64,000 nt of DNA from Bacilli bacterium (GTDB taxonomy: Bacteria > Bacillota_I > Bacilli_A > RF39 > UBA660). Shown in pieces: positions 49,195 to 59,958 of this stretch. Positions within the stretch are counted from its first letter, which is position 1. The number at the start of each line of letters is the position of its first letter. The translations under genes and the position numbers were made by a program. Below the pieces are notes generated by a model that was not told the DNA's origin, made no database searches, and was given only the letters and a program-made list of their open reading frames with translations. The stretch lies in NCBI GenBank assembly GCA_028709545.1, contig JAQVWT010000001.1:658-64657 (forward strand). The letters run 5' to 3'.

Positions 49195-50064
49195 TTAAAT
49201 ATTTATTTTTGTGCTTGCGCTTTCTTCTAGTAATTCTGGATTTAATAAAATATGTTCAAATAATTTTAATGATTTTGCAAAGTAAAAACCATCAGCAATT
49301 CTCTCATCAATATTAGCACCAAACTCACACATTTTTCTTATTTCTACTTTTCCATTTATAACAACTGCTTCTTCTTTTATTTCACCTATTGTAATTAAGA
49401 TTGAGTTAGTACCAAAATCAGTTAAATTGTGATAAATTGCTCCACAGCCAATACTTCCTAAGTTAGAAACTATTACTGAAGAATGATAAATTGAATCTCC
49501 AGTTAAAGAAGCCGGTATAAGATCATGATTATCAGCAAACCTTACAAGAGAAATAATAATGTTTTTTATAAATTTGGGTAATCTGCCAATTTTATTCATA
49601 AACTCATCAGCATTATTTAATTTGCTAGAACGAATGCTTTTTACTTGACCGGATATTTTTTCTCTTAGTGAAAAAATATTATCTTTAGAATCAACAGTAA
49701 TTACTGAAAAATTTTCTTCAGCATCGTCAGTGAGTTCTCGCTTTGCAACAAAAGAAATGGTTACATCATGTCTATCATAATATTTTTTATTAATAACAAA
49801 TCTATTTAATAGGGGTCTATTAAAGACTGTTTTTCCTAGTGCCGTAAAAAACAAATGAAAATATGTTGTCTTCATGCTTTTATCACTTTTATTTATTTCT
49901 TCATAATACTGAACTAATTCTGTAACATCTATTTTAAGGTTAATATAAACATCTGAATCAGCTCTTAATGGTTTGACATGAACCATTAGTCCATGCATTC
50001 CGTCAATATCTTTAACTCTTTTAGCGTCTTTTCTACCTGCCATAAAACATTCTTTCCTTTTCAT
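49195..50064 (-). CDS. 2-oxoacid dehydrogenase E2-type acyltransferase catalytic-domain protein (stand-alone)
   Basis: C-terminal NIDERIADGFYFA resembles the DHRxxDG catalytic motif; true start may be the internal MAGRKD. Confidence 0.4.
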   Translation of the reverse strand: MKRKECFMAGRKDAKRVKDIDGMHGLMVHVKPLRADSDVYINLKIDVTELVQYYEEINKSDKSMKTTYFHLFFTALGKTVFNRPLLNRFVINKKYYDRHDVTISFVAKRELTDDAEENFSVITVDSKDNIFSLREKISGQVKSIRSSKLNNADEFMNKIGRLPKFIKNIIISLVRFADNHDLIPASLTGDSIYHSSVIVSNLGSIGCGAIYHNLTDFGTNSILITIGEIKEEAVVINGKVEIRKMCEFGANIDERIADGFYFAKSLKLFEHILLNPELLEESASTKINI

Positions 50065-50248
50065 CGCTTTGTTTTTGTTTAATATAATTTTTTAATGTTT
50101 GTACAGTTTCTTGTGTTGGATTTTCATATTCATCCATGCTAATACCAATTTTGTGTATTTCATATTCATCTAAACCGTTCAATTCTATTATCAAATCTTC
50201 TATCTCACTTAATAATTTAATTTTTGTTCTATTATCCATACTTACCAC
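50033..50248 (-). CDS. small hypothetical protein
   Basis: ORF track; overlaps the start of the downstream gene. Confidence 0.25.
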   Translation of the reverse strand: MVSMDNRTKIKLLSEIEDLIIELNGLDEYEIHKIGISMDEYENPTQETVQTLKNYIKQKQSDEKERMFYGR

Positions 50249-50389
50249 CTAGAATTAATTATATCATATGTTTTATGTTATTGACACAAATAAATTAGCG
50301 TGATATATTAGTTTCGGATTTATTCTATAATTTATATACCTTTGTGGCTTTTTAAATTTATAATTAAATCAAATAAAGGAGGTATATAA

Positions 50390-50554
50390 ATGGAAGACAA
50401 AGAACTTACTTGTGAACAATGTGGATCTAAATTTGATTTTACTGCTGGTGAACAAGAATTTTACAATGAAAAAGGTTTTCAAGAACCAAAAAAATGCAAA
50501 ACTTGTCGTGATGCAGCAAAAGCAGAAAAAAGAAATAAACGCTTTCAAAATTAA
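50390..50554 (+). CDS. small zinc-ribbon protein (54 aa, not in the track)
   Basis: Strong RBS AAAGGAGG 8 nt upstream; CEQCGSKFDFTAGEQEFYNEKGFQEPKKCKTCR: two CxxC pairs. Confidence 0.5.
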   Translation: MEDKELTCEQCGSKFDFTAGEQEFYNEKGFQEPKKCKTCRDAAKAEKRNKRFQN

Positions 50555-51756
50555 CTAAATGTTAATTTTTTTTGTTTAAAATAGATTATTAATATAATAA
50601 CTAACCCAATAAAAATATATTTATAATAAATAACAAATCTTATTACAGAAAAATTTATTTTATTTTCTAAATAAAGATCACCTGTAAAAATCTTATCATC
50701 TTGGTATTTAACAACTAAGCTTGCAACTGATTTTTCAGCACGAGTGTTAAAAGTTAAATTATCATGAATATCAATTTCAAATTCAATTTCATTTTTATCA
50801 TAATCTTTTGGCAAAAAATATTTAAAATCAAAACCTTTATATATCAAATTTACTTCTTTTTCTTTACTATATTTAGTTTGAACACTTGTTAATACTTGGT
50901 TATTATTAAGTAAGGTAAAATAACTGTAATTATTAAAATAGTAGTTATAAATATTAAGTGCGTCTGTTACATTATAAGGAAAGTGCTGTTCATTAACGGG
51001 GGCATTTGTAGTTATTAATACTAATTCCATATTATCAAAGTCAGCATAACTAAGAAGGCATAAGCCAGCCAAATTCGTAAAGCCTGTTTTACTACCTTTA
51101 ATAATTTTTGTATCTAAACTATAAACTCTTTCATAATAAGATAAAGTGCTTTTTAAATCAAGCCTGCCATTATAAGTAGTATAGCTAGATGAATTAAATA
51201 TTTCCATAAATTTGTCATTTTTAAAAGCATATAAAAAGATAGTTAATAAATCATTTAAAGTAGCTTTTTGACCGTCTTCATCAAGTCCACTTGTATTAGT
51301 AAAATAAGTGTTTTTAATATTTAATTTAATCATTAAATTATTCATTTCTTGAACAAACTTTCTTTCATTTCCAAAAAGATTGATTGCTAGAGCGATTGAT
51401 GCATCGGCACCACTTGGTAGTAAAGTTCCATAAAGTAAATCTTCATAAGTGACAATTTCTCCAACTTTAAAGCCAGCAACCGACGCATCAGCTTCTATAA
51501 GTCCTTCAAAAACCTCTTCAGTTAAAACAATTTTTTCATTAATATCTTCAATATTTTCAAGAGCAACTAAAACAGTAACTATTTTGGTAAGCGATGCTAT
51601 CTTAGTATTTTCATCACTATTTTTTTGATAAATAACCTTTTCATCTTTTAAATTATACAACAAAATATTTTCTGACTCTGTTTCAATTTCTAAGGCAAAT
51701 ACAGAGGTTTTAAATAATAATAAAATAGTTATAACTATAAAAAAATATTTCTTCAT
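50551..51756 (-). CDS. D-alanyl-D-alanine carboxypeptidase (peptidase S11, PBP5-like)
   Basis: SxxK ASLTK, SGN-like LPSGADA, KTGFT (KTG); signal peptide MKKYFFIVITILLLF (start set there; track start 51813). Confidence 0.65.
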   Translation of the reverse strand: MKKYFFIVITILLLFKTSVFALEIETESENILLYNLKDEKVIYQKNSDENTKIASLTKIVTVLVALENIEDINEKIVLTEEVFEGLIEADASVAGFKVGEIVTYEDLLYGTLLPSGADASIALAINLFGNERKFVQEMNNLMIKLNIKNTYFTNTSGLDEDGQKATLNDLLTIFLYAFKNDKFMEIFNSSSYTTYNGRLDLKSTLSYYERVYSLDTKIIKGSKTGFTNLAGLCLLSYADFDNMELVLITTNAPVNEQHFPYNVTDALNIYNYYFNNYSYFTLLNNNQVLTSVQTKYSKEKEVNLIYKGFDFKYFLPKDYDKNEIEFEIDIHDNLTFNTRAEKSVASLVVKYQDDKIFTGDLYLENKINFSVIRFVIYYKYIFIGLVIILIIYFKQKKLTFS

Positions 51757-51889
51757 CAAATCATATCCATATCTTGATATAATTATAGCATGAAAACAAT
51801 AAACTTTAATCAAATAGGATTACTTTTTTTTGATAATATGTGATAAAAAAGTAACTAGTAAACTTAACATAAAAAATTAACTAAAAAGT

Positions 51890-53035
51890 TTGAAGAAACA
51901 GTATTTAATTGGTATAATCATTTTAGTGATAAATATGAAAAAAATGATACAAGTTGCTTTTATTTTATTAATGTTATTTTATATTGCTTACATATCTTTA
52001 GGAAGTAAATTTGATTTTGACGAAATAAAAGTACCTTTTATAGAAACAAAGACAATAAGTATTGAAGTTCCTCAAGAAAAAATATATTTAGCGATTAACG
52101 AAAAGTATGAGTTATCTGCAACCGTTACAACATCAACAAATAAAGACATGTCTTTAACTTGGATTAGCGAAGATCCAGAAATAGTCTTGCTAGAGGATGA
52201 TATTATAACTGGAGTAAATTCCGGAAGGACAACAGTAGCGGTTCAAACAGAAGATAATAAAACAAAAGACATAGAAGTTATAGTTAGTGATTTAATAACT
52301 TTACCAGTTGTTAATTCGAATAAGTCTTTTTTACCATGTAATAAATATTCAAAAGAAGAAGCTGACCTTCTTGATGAAATATTATTTAATAGAATAGATG
52401 AAGCAGGATATAAAACTAGAGCAGGTGTAGTAGCTGCAGCTAGATTTTTGCTTTTAGAGTTTCCATATACCGTAAAATATTTTAATGAAAACGGAAGATT
52501 AAATAATCATTCTGGATCACCTCAGGTAGATGGGGAAGGTAGATATTATCATCGGGGACTGTATTTACATAGTAGTAAATTTGAATCAATAACTATAAGT
52601 ATGCATGGCCCAGCCACTTGGGGATGTAATATATGGGATAATTTTATTAGTAGATATGCGCCTAATGGGCTTACCTGTAGTGGCTTTGTAACCTGGACAT
52701 TAATAAATGGTGGATTTGATGTCGGTGATTCTGGAGCTGGGGATACTTATCGTGATGATGACGTGGGTGATTTAGGCGAAAATTTAAAGATTACTAAAGA
52801 ATTAATGCAAAGTGGTAAAGTTAAAGTCGGAGATATAATTGGTAGAGATGGTCATGTAGCGGTTATAATCGGCTTAGATGAAACCAATATTTATATAGCT
52901 GAATCACTTCCTACAACAGTGAGAGTCGTTACTTTAACAAAATATGATGGTTTATTAAAATCAACTAATTTCACTTATATTATATTAATGGATCATGTAT
53001 ATAAATCAGATGGTAATTACACAGAAATGTGGTAA
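51890..53035 (+). CDS. cell-wall hydrolase with Big_2 domain and C-terminal NlpC/P60-CHAP-like domain
   Basis: Big_2-like SATVTTS...LTWISEDPEIV...GVNSGRTTVAV; C-terminal GLTCSGFVTWTLINGG (Cys) and GHVAVIIG (His). Confidence 0.45.
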   Translation: MKKQYLIGIIILVINMKKMIQVAFILLMLFYIAYISLGSKFDFDEIKVPFIETKTISIEVPQEKIYLAINEKYELSATVTTSTNKDMSLTWISEDPEIVLLEDDIITGVNSGRTTVAVQTEDNKTKDIEVIVSDLITLPVVNSNKSFLPCNKYSKEEADLLDEILFNRIDEAGYKTRAGVVAAARFLLLEFPYTVKYFNENGRLNNHSGSPQVDGEGRYYHRGLYLHSSKFESITISMHGPATWGCNIWDNFISRYAPNGLTCSGFVTWTLINGGFDVGDSGAGDTYRDDDVGDLGENLKITKELMQSGKVKVGDIIGRDGHVAVIIGLDETNIYIAESLPTTVRVVTLTKYDGLLKSTNFTYIILMDHVYKSDGNYTEMW

Positions 53036-53093
53036 GCATAAATCTAAATATAAAGATAACAAAAAAGAAGATTTAAAACCTTAAATCTTCTTT

Positions 53094-53909
53094 TTAACTT
53101 AACCAATTACAAGTTTCTTTAATTATCCAGCCACTATTTTTATAACGAGCTTTATAACATTTTCCTATGGCACCTAAACTTTCTTTATAACGTCCAATTT
53201 CGAGAGTAATATTATTATTTGCTTTTTTAAAATAATTAATACTAATCAAATACCCTTTTAAGTTTAATCCCCCCTCATCAGCGTAGCCATTATCTTTTAA
53301 TTCCTGATAATTAGCTTTAACAATAGTTTTATTATATTTTTCAGTATATTTCAGTAATAAATCTTGGTAATATTGGTCTAGTAATTCAAAGGTGTCTAAA
53401 TCAAGAGCTATATATTCAGGTTTTGAATAACTTTTAGCACTTAGTATATTGTCAATTAATTTTAGATATAAAGGATAAATATCGGAACTATTGATACAAG
53501 TTGTATTTATCTCTAAATTATAAAATCCCATGTTACTAGAATTATCTCCAATTAGGTTATGACATTTTATAACTTTATATCCTAAACCAAAGTATTCTTT
53601 ACTACCACCATCTTTATATCTAGTTACAAGTATTGCAAAAATTGGACTTTTACCACTTCTGCTTCGATAATAATCGATTGTTCCAAATAATATACTTAAT
53701 AAAAATAATGTGGCAAAACTTATAAGTAATATTTTATTAATTCTTTTATTTTTTTTACTTAACAAGAAGAATATTATTGTTAAAAAATAGCCAATTAAAC
53801 CAAATTCTATTAAAAATATGCCAGAGGTTTTTAATAAGTAGCTTATTAATAAACTAATAGAAGTTAAAACAAATATGATAATAGATATTATTTTATAATT
53901 ATTTTTCAT
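53094..53909 (-). CDS. hypothetical membrane protein
   Basis: Three N-terminal TM segments. Confidence 0.3.
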   Translation of the reverse strand: MKNNYKIISIIIFVLTSISLLISYLLKTSGIFLIEFGLIGYFLTIIFFLLSKKNKRINKILLISFATLFLLSILFGTIDYYRSRSGKSPIFAILVTRYKDGGSKEYFGLGYKVIKCHNLIGDNSSNMGFYNLEINTTCINSSDIYPLYLKLIDNILSAKSYSKPEYIALDLDTFELLDQYYQDLLLKYTEKYNKTIVKANYQELKDNGYADEGGLNLKGYLISINYFKKANNNITLEIGRYKESLGAIGKCYKARYKNSGWIIKETCNWLS

Positions 53910-54047
53910 AATATTCCTTTACTTTCTACTAAATTATATCACTTAAATAAAGTTTTTTAAAGACAAACCAAATTTTATTAATTTATTTATTATACTAATA
54001 AGAATTAATGATATAATTAATATAGTTAGATACAAGGAGATTTAATA

Positions 54048-54944
54048 ATGAGTAAGTCAATTATAAAAATAAAAAATTTAACAAAAGATTATGGAAATAA
54101 TAAGGGGGTCTTTGATATAAGTTTTGAAATTCCAAAAGGAGAAGTTTTTGGGTTTTTAGGACCCAATGGGGCAGGAAAGACAACTACTATCAGACATTTG
54201 ATGGGATTTATAAAACCTGATTATGGGGAATGTTATATCAATAATTGCGATTGCTTTACTTCATCAGATAAAATTCAAGAAACACTTGGGTATATTCCAG
54301 GAGAAGGGGCATTTATAAATGATATGACCGGAACAGAATTTATTGATTTTATGGCTAAATATAGAGGTTTGAAAAATTTAAATAAGGCTGATGAATTAAT
54401 TAAACGATTTGAATTAGATTCAAATACTAAAATTAAAAAAATGTCAAAAGGAATGAAACAAAAATTAGGAATAATTGTTGCTTTTATGCATGACCCAGAT
54501 ATATTGATTTTAGATGAACCTACTAGCGGGCTTGATCCATTGATGCAAAATATCTTTATTAAGATGATTAATGAAGAAAAGAAAAAAGGTAAAACTATTT
54601 TAATATCTTCCCATATTTTTGAAGAAATAGAAAGAACTGCTGACAAAGTTGCAATAATAAAGAACGGTAGAATTGTTGCAATAAACTCAATAAAAAATTT
54701 AAAAAAGAATCAATCTAGAAAGTTTACAATCACTTTTAATAATCAAAAAGATATAGAGAATATTCAAAAAGCAAAGATTGAAATAACAGATATCATTGAT
54801 AACAAAGTAACTTTTCTGATAAGAAATAATATAAAAGAATTTATAAAGATTTTAAATAAATATGACATTATTGATATTGATGAAGAAAAGCAAAGTTTAG
54901 AGGATATTTTCATGAACTTTTATGGAGGTGAAAATAATGATTAA
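54048..54944 (+). CDS. ABC transporter ATP-binding protein
   Basis: GPNGAGKTT, MSKGMKQKLGI, LILDEPTSGLD. Confidence 0.7.
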   Translation: MSKSIIKIKNLTKDYGNNKGVFDISFEIPKGEVFGFLGPNGAGKTTTIRHLMGFIKPDYGECYINNCDCFTSSDKIQETLGYIPGEGAFINDMTGTEFIDFMAKYRGLKNLNKADELIKRFELDSNTKIKKMSKGMKQKLGIIVAFMHDPDILILDEPTSGLDPLMQNIFIKMINEEKKKGKTILISSHIFEEIERTADKVAIIKNGRIVAINSIKNLKKNQSRKFTITFNNQKDIENIQKAKIEITDIIDNKVTFLIRNNIKEFIKILNKYDIIDIDEEKQSLEDIFMNFYGGENND

Positions 54945-55737
54945 CTTACCACTATTTAAACAAAGTATAAAATCAAATTATAAGCTTGTCTTGATATTTT
55001 TAGCCGTATTAACACTGTATATAGCAATTATAGTTAGTATGTATGAGCCAGAAGCACTAAAAATGATGGAAAGTTTTGCAGAAACAATGCCAGAATTAAT
55101 GGCTATGTTTGGAATGAATATGGAAGTGGCAACATTAACGGGATTCTTAATTACTTATTTATATGGTTTTTTATTTTTAATAATGCCATTAATAGTTACT
55201 ATAATTGTTGCAAATAGATTAATAGCAGCACATGTTGATAAAGGATCAATGGCATGTTTATTATCATCACCTAATAAAAGAAAAACAATTATTTTGACCC
55301 AAATGCAAGTTTTAAACTTAATAATTTTTGCTATTATTGCTTACAGCACAATAATTACAATAATTTCATCGGAAATAGTATTTCCTGGTGAAATAGAAAT
55401 CGTTAAACTAATGTTAATAAATTTAAGTTTATTAACATTCCATATTTTTCTAGGAAGCATTTGCTTTATTGCATCCACTATAGCTAATGAAACAAAATAT
55501 TCTTTAATGTTTGGTGCTGGAATTCCTTTGTTATCTTTTCTAATCCAAATGCTAGCTAATATGGAAGGAAAATTAGATATTTTAAAATATTTTACTTTAT
55601 TTTCATTTTTTAGGCCTCTTGCAATTTTAAGTGGAGAAAAATATCCTTATATATTATTAATAATAATGATAGTTATTACGATAATTATATATACTGTATC
55701 AATTAAAATTTTTAAAAATAAAGATTTATCTATTTAA
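54922..55737 (+). CDS. ABC-2 type permease
   Basis: Six TM segments; overlaps the ATPase stop. Confidence 0.55.
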   Translation: MEVKIMINLPLFKQSIKSNYKLVLIFLAVLTLYIAIIVSMYEPEALKMMESFAETMPELMAMFGMNMEVATLTGFLITYLYGFLFLIMPLIVTIIVANRLIAAHVDKGSMACLLSSPNKRKTIILTQMQVLNLIIFAIIAYSTIITIISSEIVFPGEIEIVKLMLINLSLLTFHIFLGSICFIASTIANETKYSLMFGAGIPLLSFLIQMLANMEGKLDILKYFTLFSFFRPLAILSGEKYPYILLIIMIVITIIIYTVSIKIFKNKDLSI

Positions 55738-55789
55738 AATTTAGAATATTATAAATATTATTGTTATAATTAAGAATGTCGGAGGATAT

Positions 55790-56728
55790 ATGAAAAATGT
55801 AATAGAAGTAAAAAAATTAAATAAGAAATATAAAAATTTACAAGCAGTTCAAGATTTAAGTTTTGAAGTAAAAGAAAAAGAAATTTTAGGTTTATTAGGA
55901 CCAAATGGAAGTGGAAAAACGACAACTATTAACTGTCTGTTATCTTTACTTAATTTTGATAGTGGTAGTATAAACATTTTAGGTAAAGAAATGACCCCTG
56001 ATGCTTATGATATCAAATCCAAAATAGGAGTAGTGTTTCAAGATGTCGCAGTTTTTGAAGAATTAACAGTAATAGAAAATATCACTTATTTTTGTGGTTT
56101 ATATATTAAAGATAAAAAAATTAGAAATAGATATGTTGAAGAAGCTATCGATTTAGTAGGGTTAAATGATTTTAAAGATTTTTATCCCAAAAAATTAAGT
56201 GGTGGGCTTTTAAGAAGATTAAACATTGCCTGTGGTATAGCTCATAAACCATCCATCATTTTTTTAGATGAACCTACAGTAGCAGTAGATCCTCAAAGTC
56301 GTAATAATATTCTTGAAGGGATAAAAAAATTAAATAAAGAAGGCGCAACAATTATTTATACAACACATTATATGGAAGAGGTAGAAATATTATGCGACCG
56401 AATTATTATATTAGATAAAGGCATAATCATTGCTAGCGGAACTTCAAAAGAGTTAAAAGAATTAACCAGTATTGAAGAAAAAGTAACTATTGAAATCGAT
56501 GATTTAAAGCAAGAAATCATTGAAGAATTTAAAAAACTTAAGAATGTAGAAAATGTTTCATATGACAGTAAATTATTATATATTACTTATAAAAAAGGAA
56601 AAGACAATTTAATTAATTTAATTGAGTTTATGAAAACAAAAAAAATAAAATATAATAAATTCTTTTCTGAGTTGCCAACATTAAATGACGTGTTTCTAGA
56701 ACTAACTGGTAAAGAATTGAGGGATTAG
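55790..56728 (+). CDS. ABC transporter ATP-binding protein
   Basis: GPNGSGKTT, LSGGLLRRLNIA, IFLDEPTVAVD. Confidence 0.7.
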   Translation: MKNVIEVKKLNKKYKNLQAVQDLSFEVKEKEILGLLGPNGSGKTTTINCLLSLLNFDSGSINILGKEMTPDAYDIKSKIGVVFQDVAVFEELTVIENITYFCGLYIKDKKIRNRYVEEAIDLVGLNDFKDFYPKKLSGGLLRRLNIACGIAHKPSIIFLDEPTVAVDPQSRNNILEGIKKLNKEGATIIYTTHYMEEVEILCDRIIILDKGIIIASGTSKELKELTSIEEKVTIEIDDLKQEIIEEFKKLKNVENVSYDSKLLYITYKKGKDNLINLIEFMKTKKIKYNKFFSELPTLNDVFLELTGKELRD

Positions 56729-56730
56729 AA

Positions 56731-57852
56731 ATGTTTTTTCATATATTTATTAATAAACTAAAAATACTTTTAAAAAATAAATCGATGATTTTTTGGACAT
56801 TATTTTTTCCTTTAGCACTTGCAACTTTTTTTTATTTAGCTTTTTCTAATATTGATTCTAACGAAAAATTTACAGAAATTGATATTGCGATAGTCGATAA
56901 TGAACAGTTCCAAAATAATGTTGATTTCAAGCATCTAATGGCAAGTTTATCAAATGAAGAAAATATATTTAATACCGATTATGTTAATATAGATGTAGCA
57001 AAAAAATTACTGGAAGATAATAGAATTAAGGGTTATATATTAGTAGAAGATGAAATAAATGTATATATCAAAGAAAATGGAATATCTCAAACAATAATTA
57101 AAAGTGTAATTGACAACTTTTATCAAATTAACAGTGCTGTTAACCATATATTTATAGAAAAACAAGAAATTACAAATATAATTTTAGCGGATTTAAATCA
57201 GAATTATTTTAATGATATAAGTAACGACAAAATAAGTTCTACGGTTACCTATTTTTATACTTTAATAGGAATGGTTTGTTTATATGGGGGATTCTTTGGA
57301 GTTAATGCCTTAAACGAAAGTGAATCTAATTTAAGCAAAAGGGCGGCTCGATTAAATGTTTCACCAATTCATAAATTGAAATTTTTACTTATTTCTTTAT
57401 TAGTTGCATTTATAATTCAGTATATGGAAACATTAATTTTACTAAGCTATGTGGTATATATTTTAAAAGTTGATTTTGGTAATCAAATTTTGCCAATTAT
57501 CATTTTAACGGCAAACGGAACAATAGCTGGTATAAGTTTCGGAGCTATAGTTGGATTATCTAATAAAGGAAGTGAAAATACTAAAACAGGAATTTTAGTA
57601 TCAGTAACTATGTTATTATCATTTTTAGCAGGAATGATGATTGGCGATATTAAATATTTAATTGAAAAAAATATTCCTTTATTGGCTAAAATTAATCCGG
57701 TAAACATGATTACTGATGCTCTTTATTCTTTATATTATTATAATAATTTAGACAAATATTTTTCCAACTTATTTAGTTTGATAATTTTTTCCTTCATAAT
57801 GATAACTGTTTCTTATATTATTTTAAGGAGGAAAAAGTATGATAGTATTTAG
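56731..57852 (+). CDS. ABC-2 family permease
   Basis: N-terminal TM, large loop, five C-terminal TMs. Confidence 0.5.
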   Translation: MFFHIFINKLKILLKNKSMIFWTLFFPLALATFFYLAFSNIDSNEKFTEIDIAIVDNEQFQNNVDFKHLMASLSNEENIFNTDYVNIDVAKKLLEDNRIKGYILVEDEINVYIKENGISQTIIKSVIDNFYQINSAVNHIFIEKQEITNIILADLNQNYFNDISNDKISSTVTYFYTLIGMVCLYGGFFGVNALNESESNLSKRAARLNVSPIHKLKFLLISLLVAFIIQYMETLILLSYVVYILKVDFGNQILPIIILTANGTIAGISFGAIVGLSNKGSENTKTGILVSVTMLLSFLAGMMIGDIKYLIEKNIPLLAKINPVNMITDALYSLYYYNNLDKYFSNLFSLIIFSFIMITVSYIILRRKKYDSI

Positions 57853-58978
57853 TAATTATCTTAAAATTTTAAAACAATACACTGCTTTTGTTGTTTTGTA
57901 TGTAGTGATTTTTACGATATTTTCAATTATTTTTACGATATACAGTAATGATAATCCCACATTTGCAGTCCAAAAACCAAATATTGCGATTATAAATAAT
58001 GAAGATACTAAGTTAGTCAAATCGTTTCTAGATTATATAAAAACCACTTCAAATATAGTGGAAATGGATAGTGAAGATTTAAAAGATGCTTTATTTTATC
58101 GTAAAGTTGATTTAATTTTAACTTTTCCACCTAATTTTACTAATGACTTTCTAAATAATGATAATCCAGAAATTAATATTCAAAGAGTTCCAGATTCTTC
58201 AAGATCTATTTATGCAATTATGTATTTAAATCGCTATTTAAACATTGCAAGTTTATATAACTCAAATAATGTTACTATGGATAAGTTAATAGAATATATA
58301 GAATTAGATTTAAAGCTTGAGACAAATATTGTATTTAATAATAAAAATACAACTTTGTTATCAAGTGCTAATTATTTTTATAATTTTTCTAGTTATTCTA
58401 TTTTAGCAATATCAGTATCGGTTATAGGTATGATGATGAGTTCATTTAAACTTAAAACTATTCAAAGAAGAAATATGATTAGTCCAATGTCTTATAGTAA
58501 ACAAAATAATAGTCTGTTTTTAGGGAATTTATTAGTAACAATGGGTGTGTGGTTATTATTTACGATTTTAGGTATATGCTTTTTTAGGCAAGCTATATTC
58601 AGTGCAAATGGAGTTTTATTCATGATTAATTCATTAGTCTTTAGTATAACTGCTTCATCTATGGGATTTTTTATTGGAAATGTTATTAACAATAAAGAAG
58701 CAATAAGTTCAATAGTAAATGTAGTAGCTTTGGGATCCAGTTTTATCTGTGGGGCTTTTGTACCACAAGAAATATTAGGAGAATCAGTATTAAAGATTGC
58801 TAAATTTTTTCCAACTTACTGGTTTGTTAAAGGAAATAATGAAATTGTAATTTTAAGTAAACTAAGTTTAGATAAAATGGAACCAATATGTATCAATATT
58901 ATAATGACGTTATTATTTGCCTTATTATTTTTTATGCTAAATAAAATAATTTTAAAATTTAGATTAAAAGAAAATTAA
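57839..58978 (+). CDS. ABC-2 family permease (second)
   Basis: Same architecture; start overlaps the previous stop. Confidence 0.5.
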   Translation: MIVFSNYLKILKQYTAFVVLYVVIFTIFSIIFTIYSNDNPTFAVQKPNIAIINNEDTKLVKSFLDYIKTTSNIVEMDSEDLKDALFYRKVDLILTFPPNFTNDFLNNDNPEINIQRVPDSSRSIYAIMYLNRYLNIASLYNSNNVTMDKLIEYIELDLKLETNIVFNNKNTTLLSSANYFYNFSSYSILAISVSVIGMMMSSFKLKTIQRRNMISPMSYSKQNNSLFLGNLLVTMGVWLLFTILGICFFRQAIFSANGVLFMINSLVFSITASSMGFFIGNVINNKEAISSIVNVVALGSSFICGAFVPQEILGESVLKIAKFFPTYWFVKGNNEIVILSKLSLDKMEPICINIIMTLLFALLFFMLNKIILKFRLKEN

Positions 58979-59037
58979 AAAAGATAAAAAATTGTGTTTT
59001 TTATCTTTTTGTTTTGCTTTTTTTGTAGAATTTTTAT

Positions 59038-59877
59038 TTATGTAAGACGGATTACAGTTAAAGTTGCACCTGCGCCACCTTGAAGAACGGCTGTACCAAT
59101 TACACCAAAAAGTTGTAGACTAAGCTCATCGCCAGCATCAAGAGTAGTTATCGTAGTTGCTGTAAAGCCTGTTACACTAGCTATAGGTGAGAACACAGAA
59201 CCAGCAAGTGTTGAACCATTAAGTGTGACCCGAGAAGATAATAATAAAGCAAGCGTTATATTGATTTGATAAGTTACTAAATATGTTCCATCTTCGGGAA
59301 CAGTGAACACTGTATTTCCTCCACTTGCGGTAAAACCATCAAGACTTTGATTGTCGGATAGTGCTATATCGGTACCACCTACTACTACAAGAATGGTGTC
59401 TTCATCAGTATTTTGCGCATTCATTGAGTTTTCAGTAACAACTAACCCATCAGCTCCAGTAGCTCCAGTTGGTCCAGTTGGCCCAATTTCACCATCAGCT
59501 CCAGTAGCTCCGGTAGGTCCAGTTGGCCCAATTTCACCGTCAGCTCCAGTAGGTCCAGTCGGTCCGGTAGGTCCAGTCGGTCCAATTTCACCATCAGCTC
59601 CAGTAGCCCCGGTAGGTCCAGTTGGCCCAATTTCACCGTCAGCTCCAGTAGGTCCAGTCGGTCCGGTAGGTCCAGTCGGTCCAATTTCACCATCAGCTCC
59701 AGTAGCCCCGGTAGGTCCAGTTGGTCCAGTCGGTCCGGTAGGTCCAGTCGGTCCAGTTGGTCCGGTAGGTCCAGTCGCGCCCGTCGGTCCAGTTACACAA
59801 CAGACATATGTAATTGGAAAAGGTTTTTTAAGTGGATTATCTTTGATATAATCAAAATTATTTTGACATGTTTTCAT
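59038..59877 (-). CDS. collagen-like (GPT)n repeat protein with BclA-type C-terminal β-domain
   Basis: Long G-P-T / G-A-T / G-E-I triplet run; C-terminus ...[11 protein letters not shown] resembles the BclA C-terminal domain; start set at MKTCQNN with RBS AAGGAG (track start 59940). Confidence 0.5.
   Translation of the reverse strand: MKTCQNNFDYIKDNPLKKPFPITYVCCVTGPTGATGPTGPTGPTGPTGPTGPTGPTGATGADGEIGPTGPTGPTGPTGADGEIGPTGPTGATGADGEIGPTGPTGPTGPTGADGEIGPTGPTGATGADGEIGPTGPTGATGADGLVVTENSMNAQNTDEDTILVVVGGTDIALSDNQSLDGFTASGGNTVFTVPEDGTYLVTYQINITLALLLSSRVTLNGSTLAGSVFSPIASVTGFTATTITTLDAGDELSLQLFGVIGTAVLQGGAGATLTVIRLT
59440..59790. repeat. GC-rich tandem nonamer/27-mer DNA repeats encoding (GPT)n
   Basis: Repeated ggtccagttggcccaatttcaccatcagctccagtagc units; explains spurious antisense ORFs 59351..59851 and 59442..59693. 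Confidence 0.8.
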
Positions 59878-59958
59878 GTTTTCACACTCCTTTCTTAATA
59901 TTTTATGATTTATATTTATAAAACAGTAGTTGAAAACCACTAATTTTCATACTTTAGC

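Noticed and set aside
59351-59851. Antisense ORFs encoding PVGPVGPIS repeats (also 59442..59693)
   Set aside because: These are mirror-strand artefacts of the GC-rich collagen-repeat DNA. The sense strand has the RBS, a non-repetitive N-terminus and a BclA-like C-domain.
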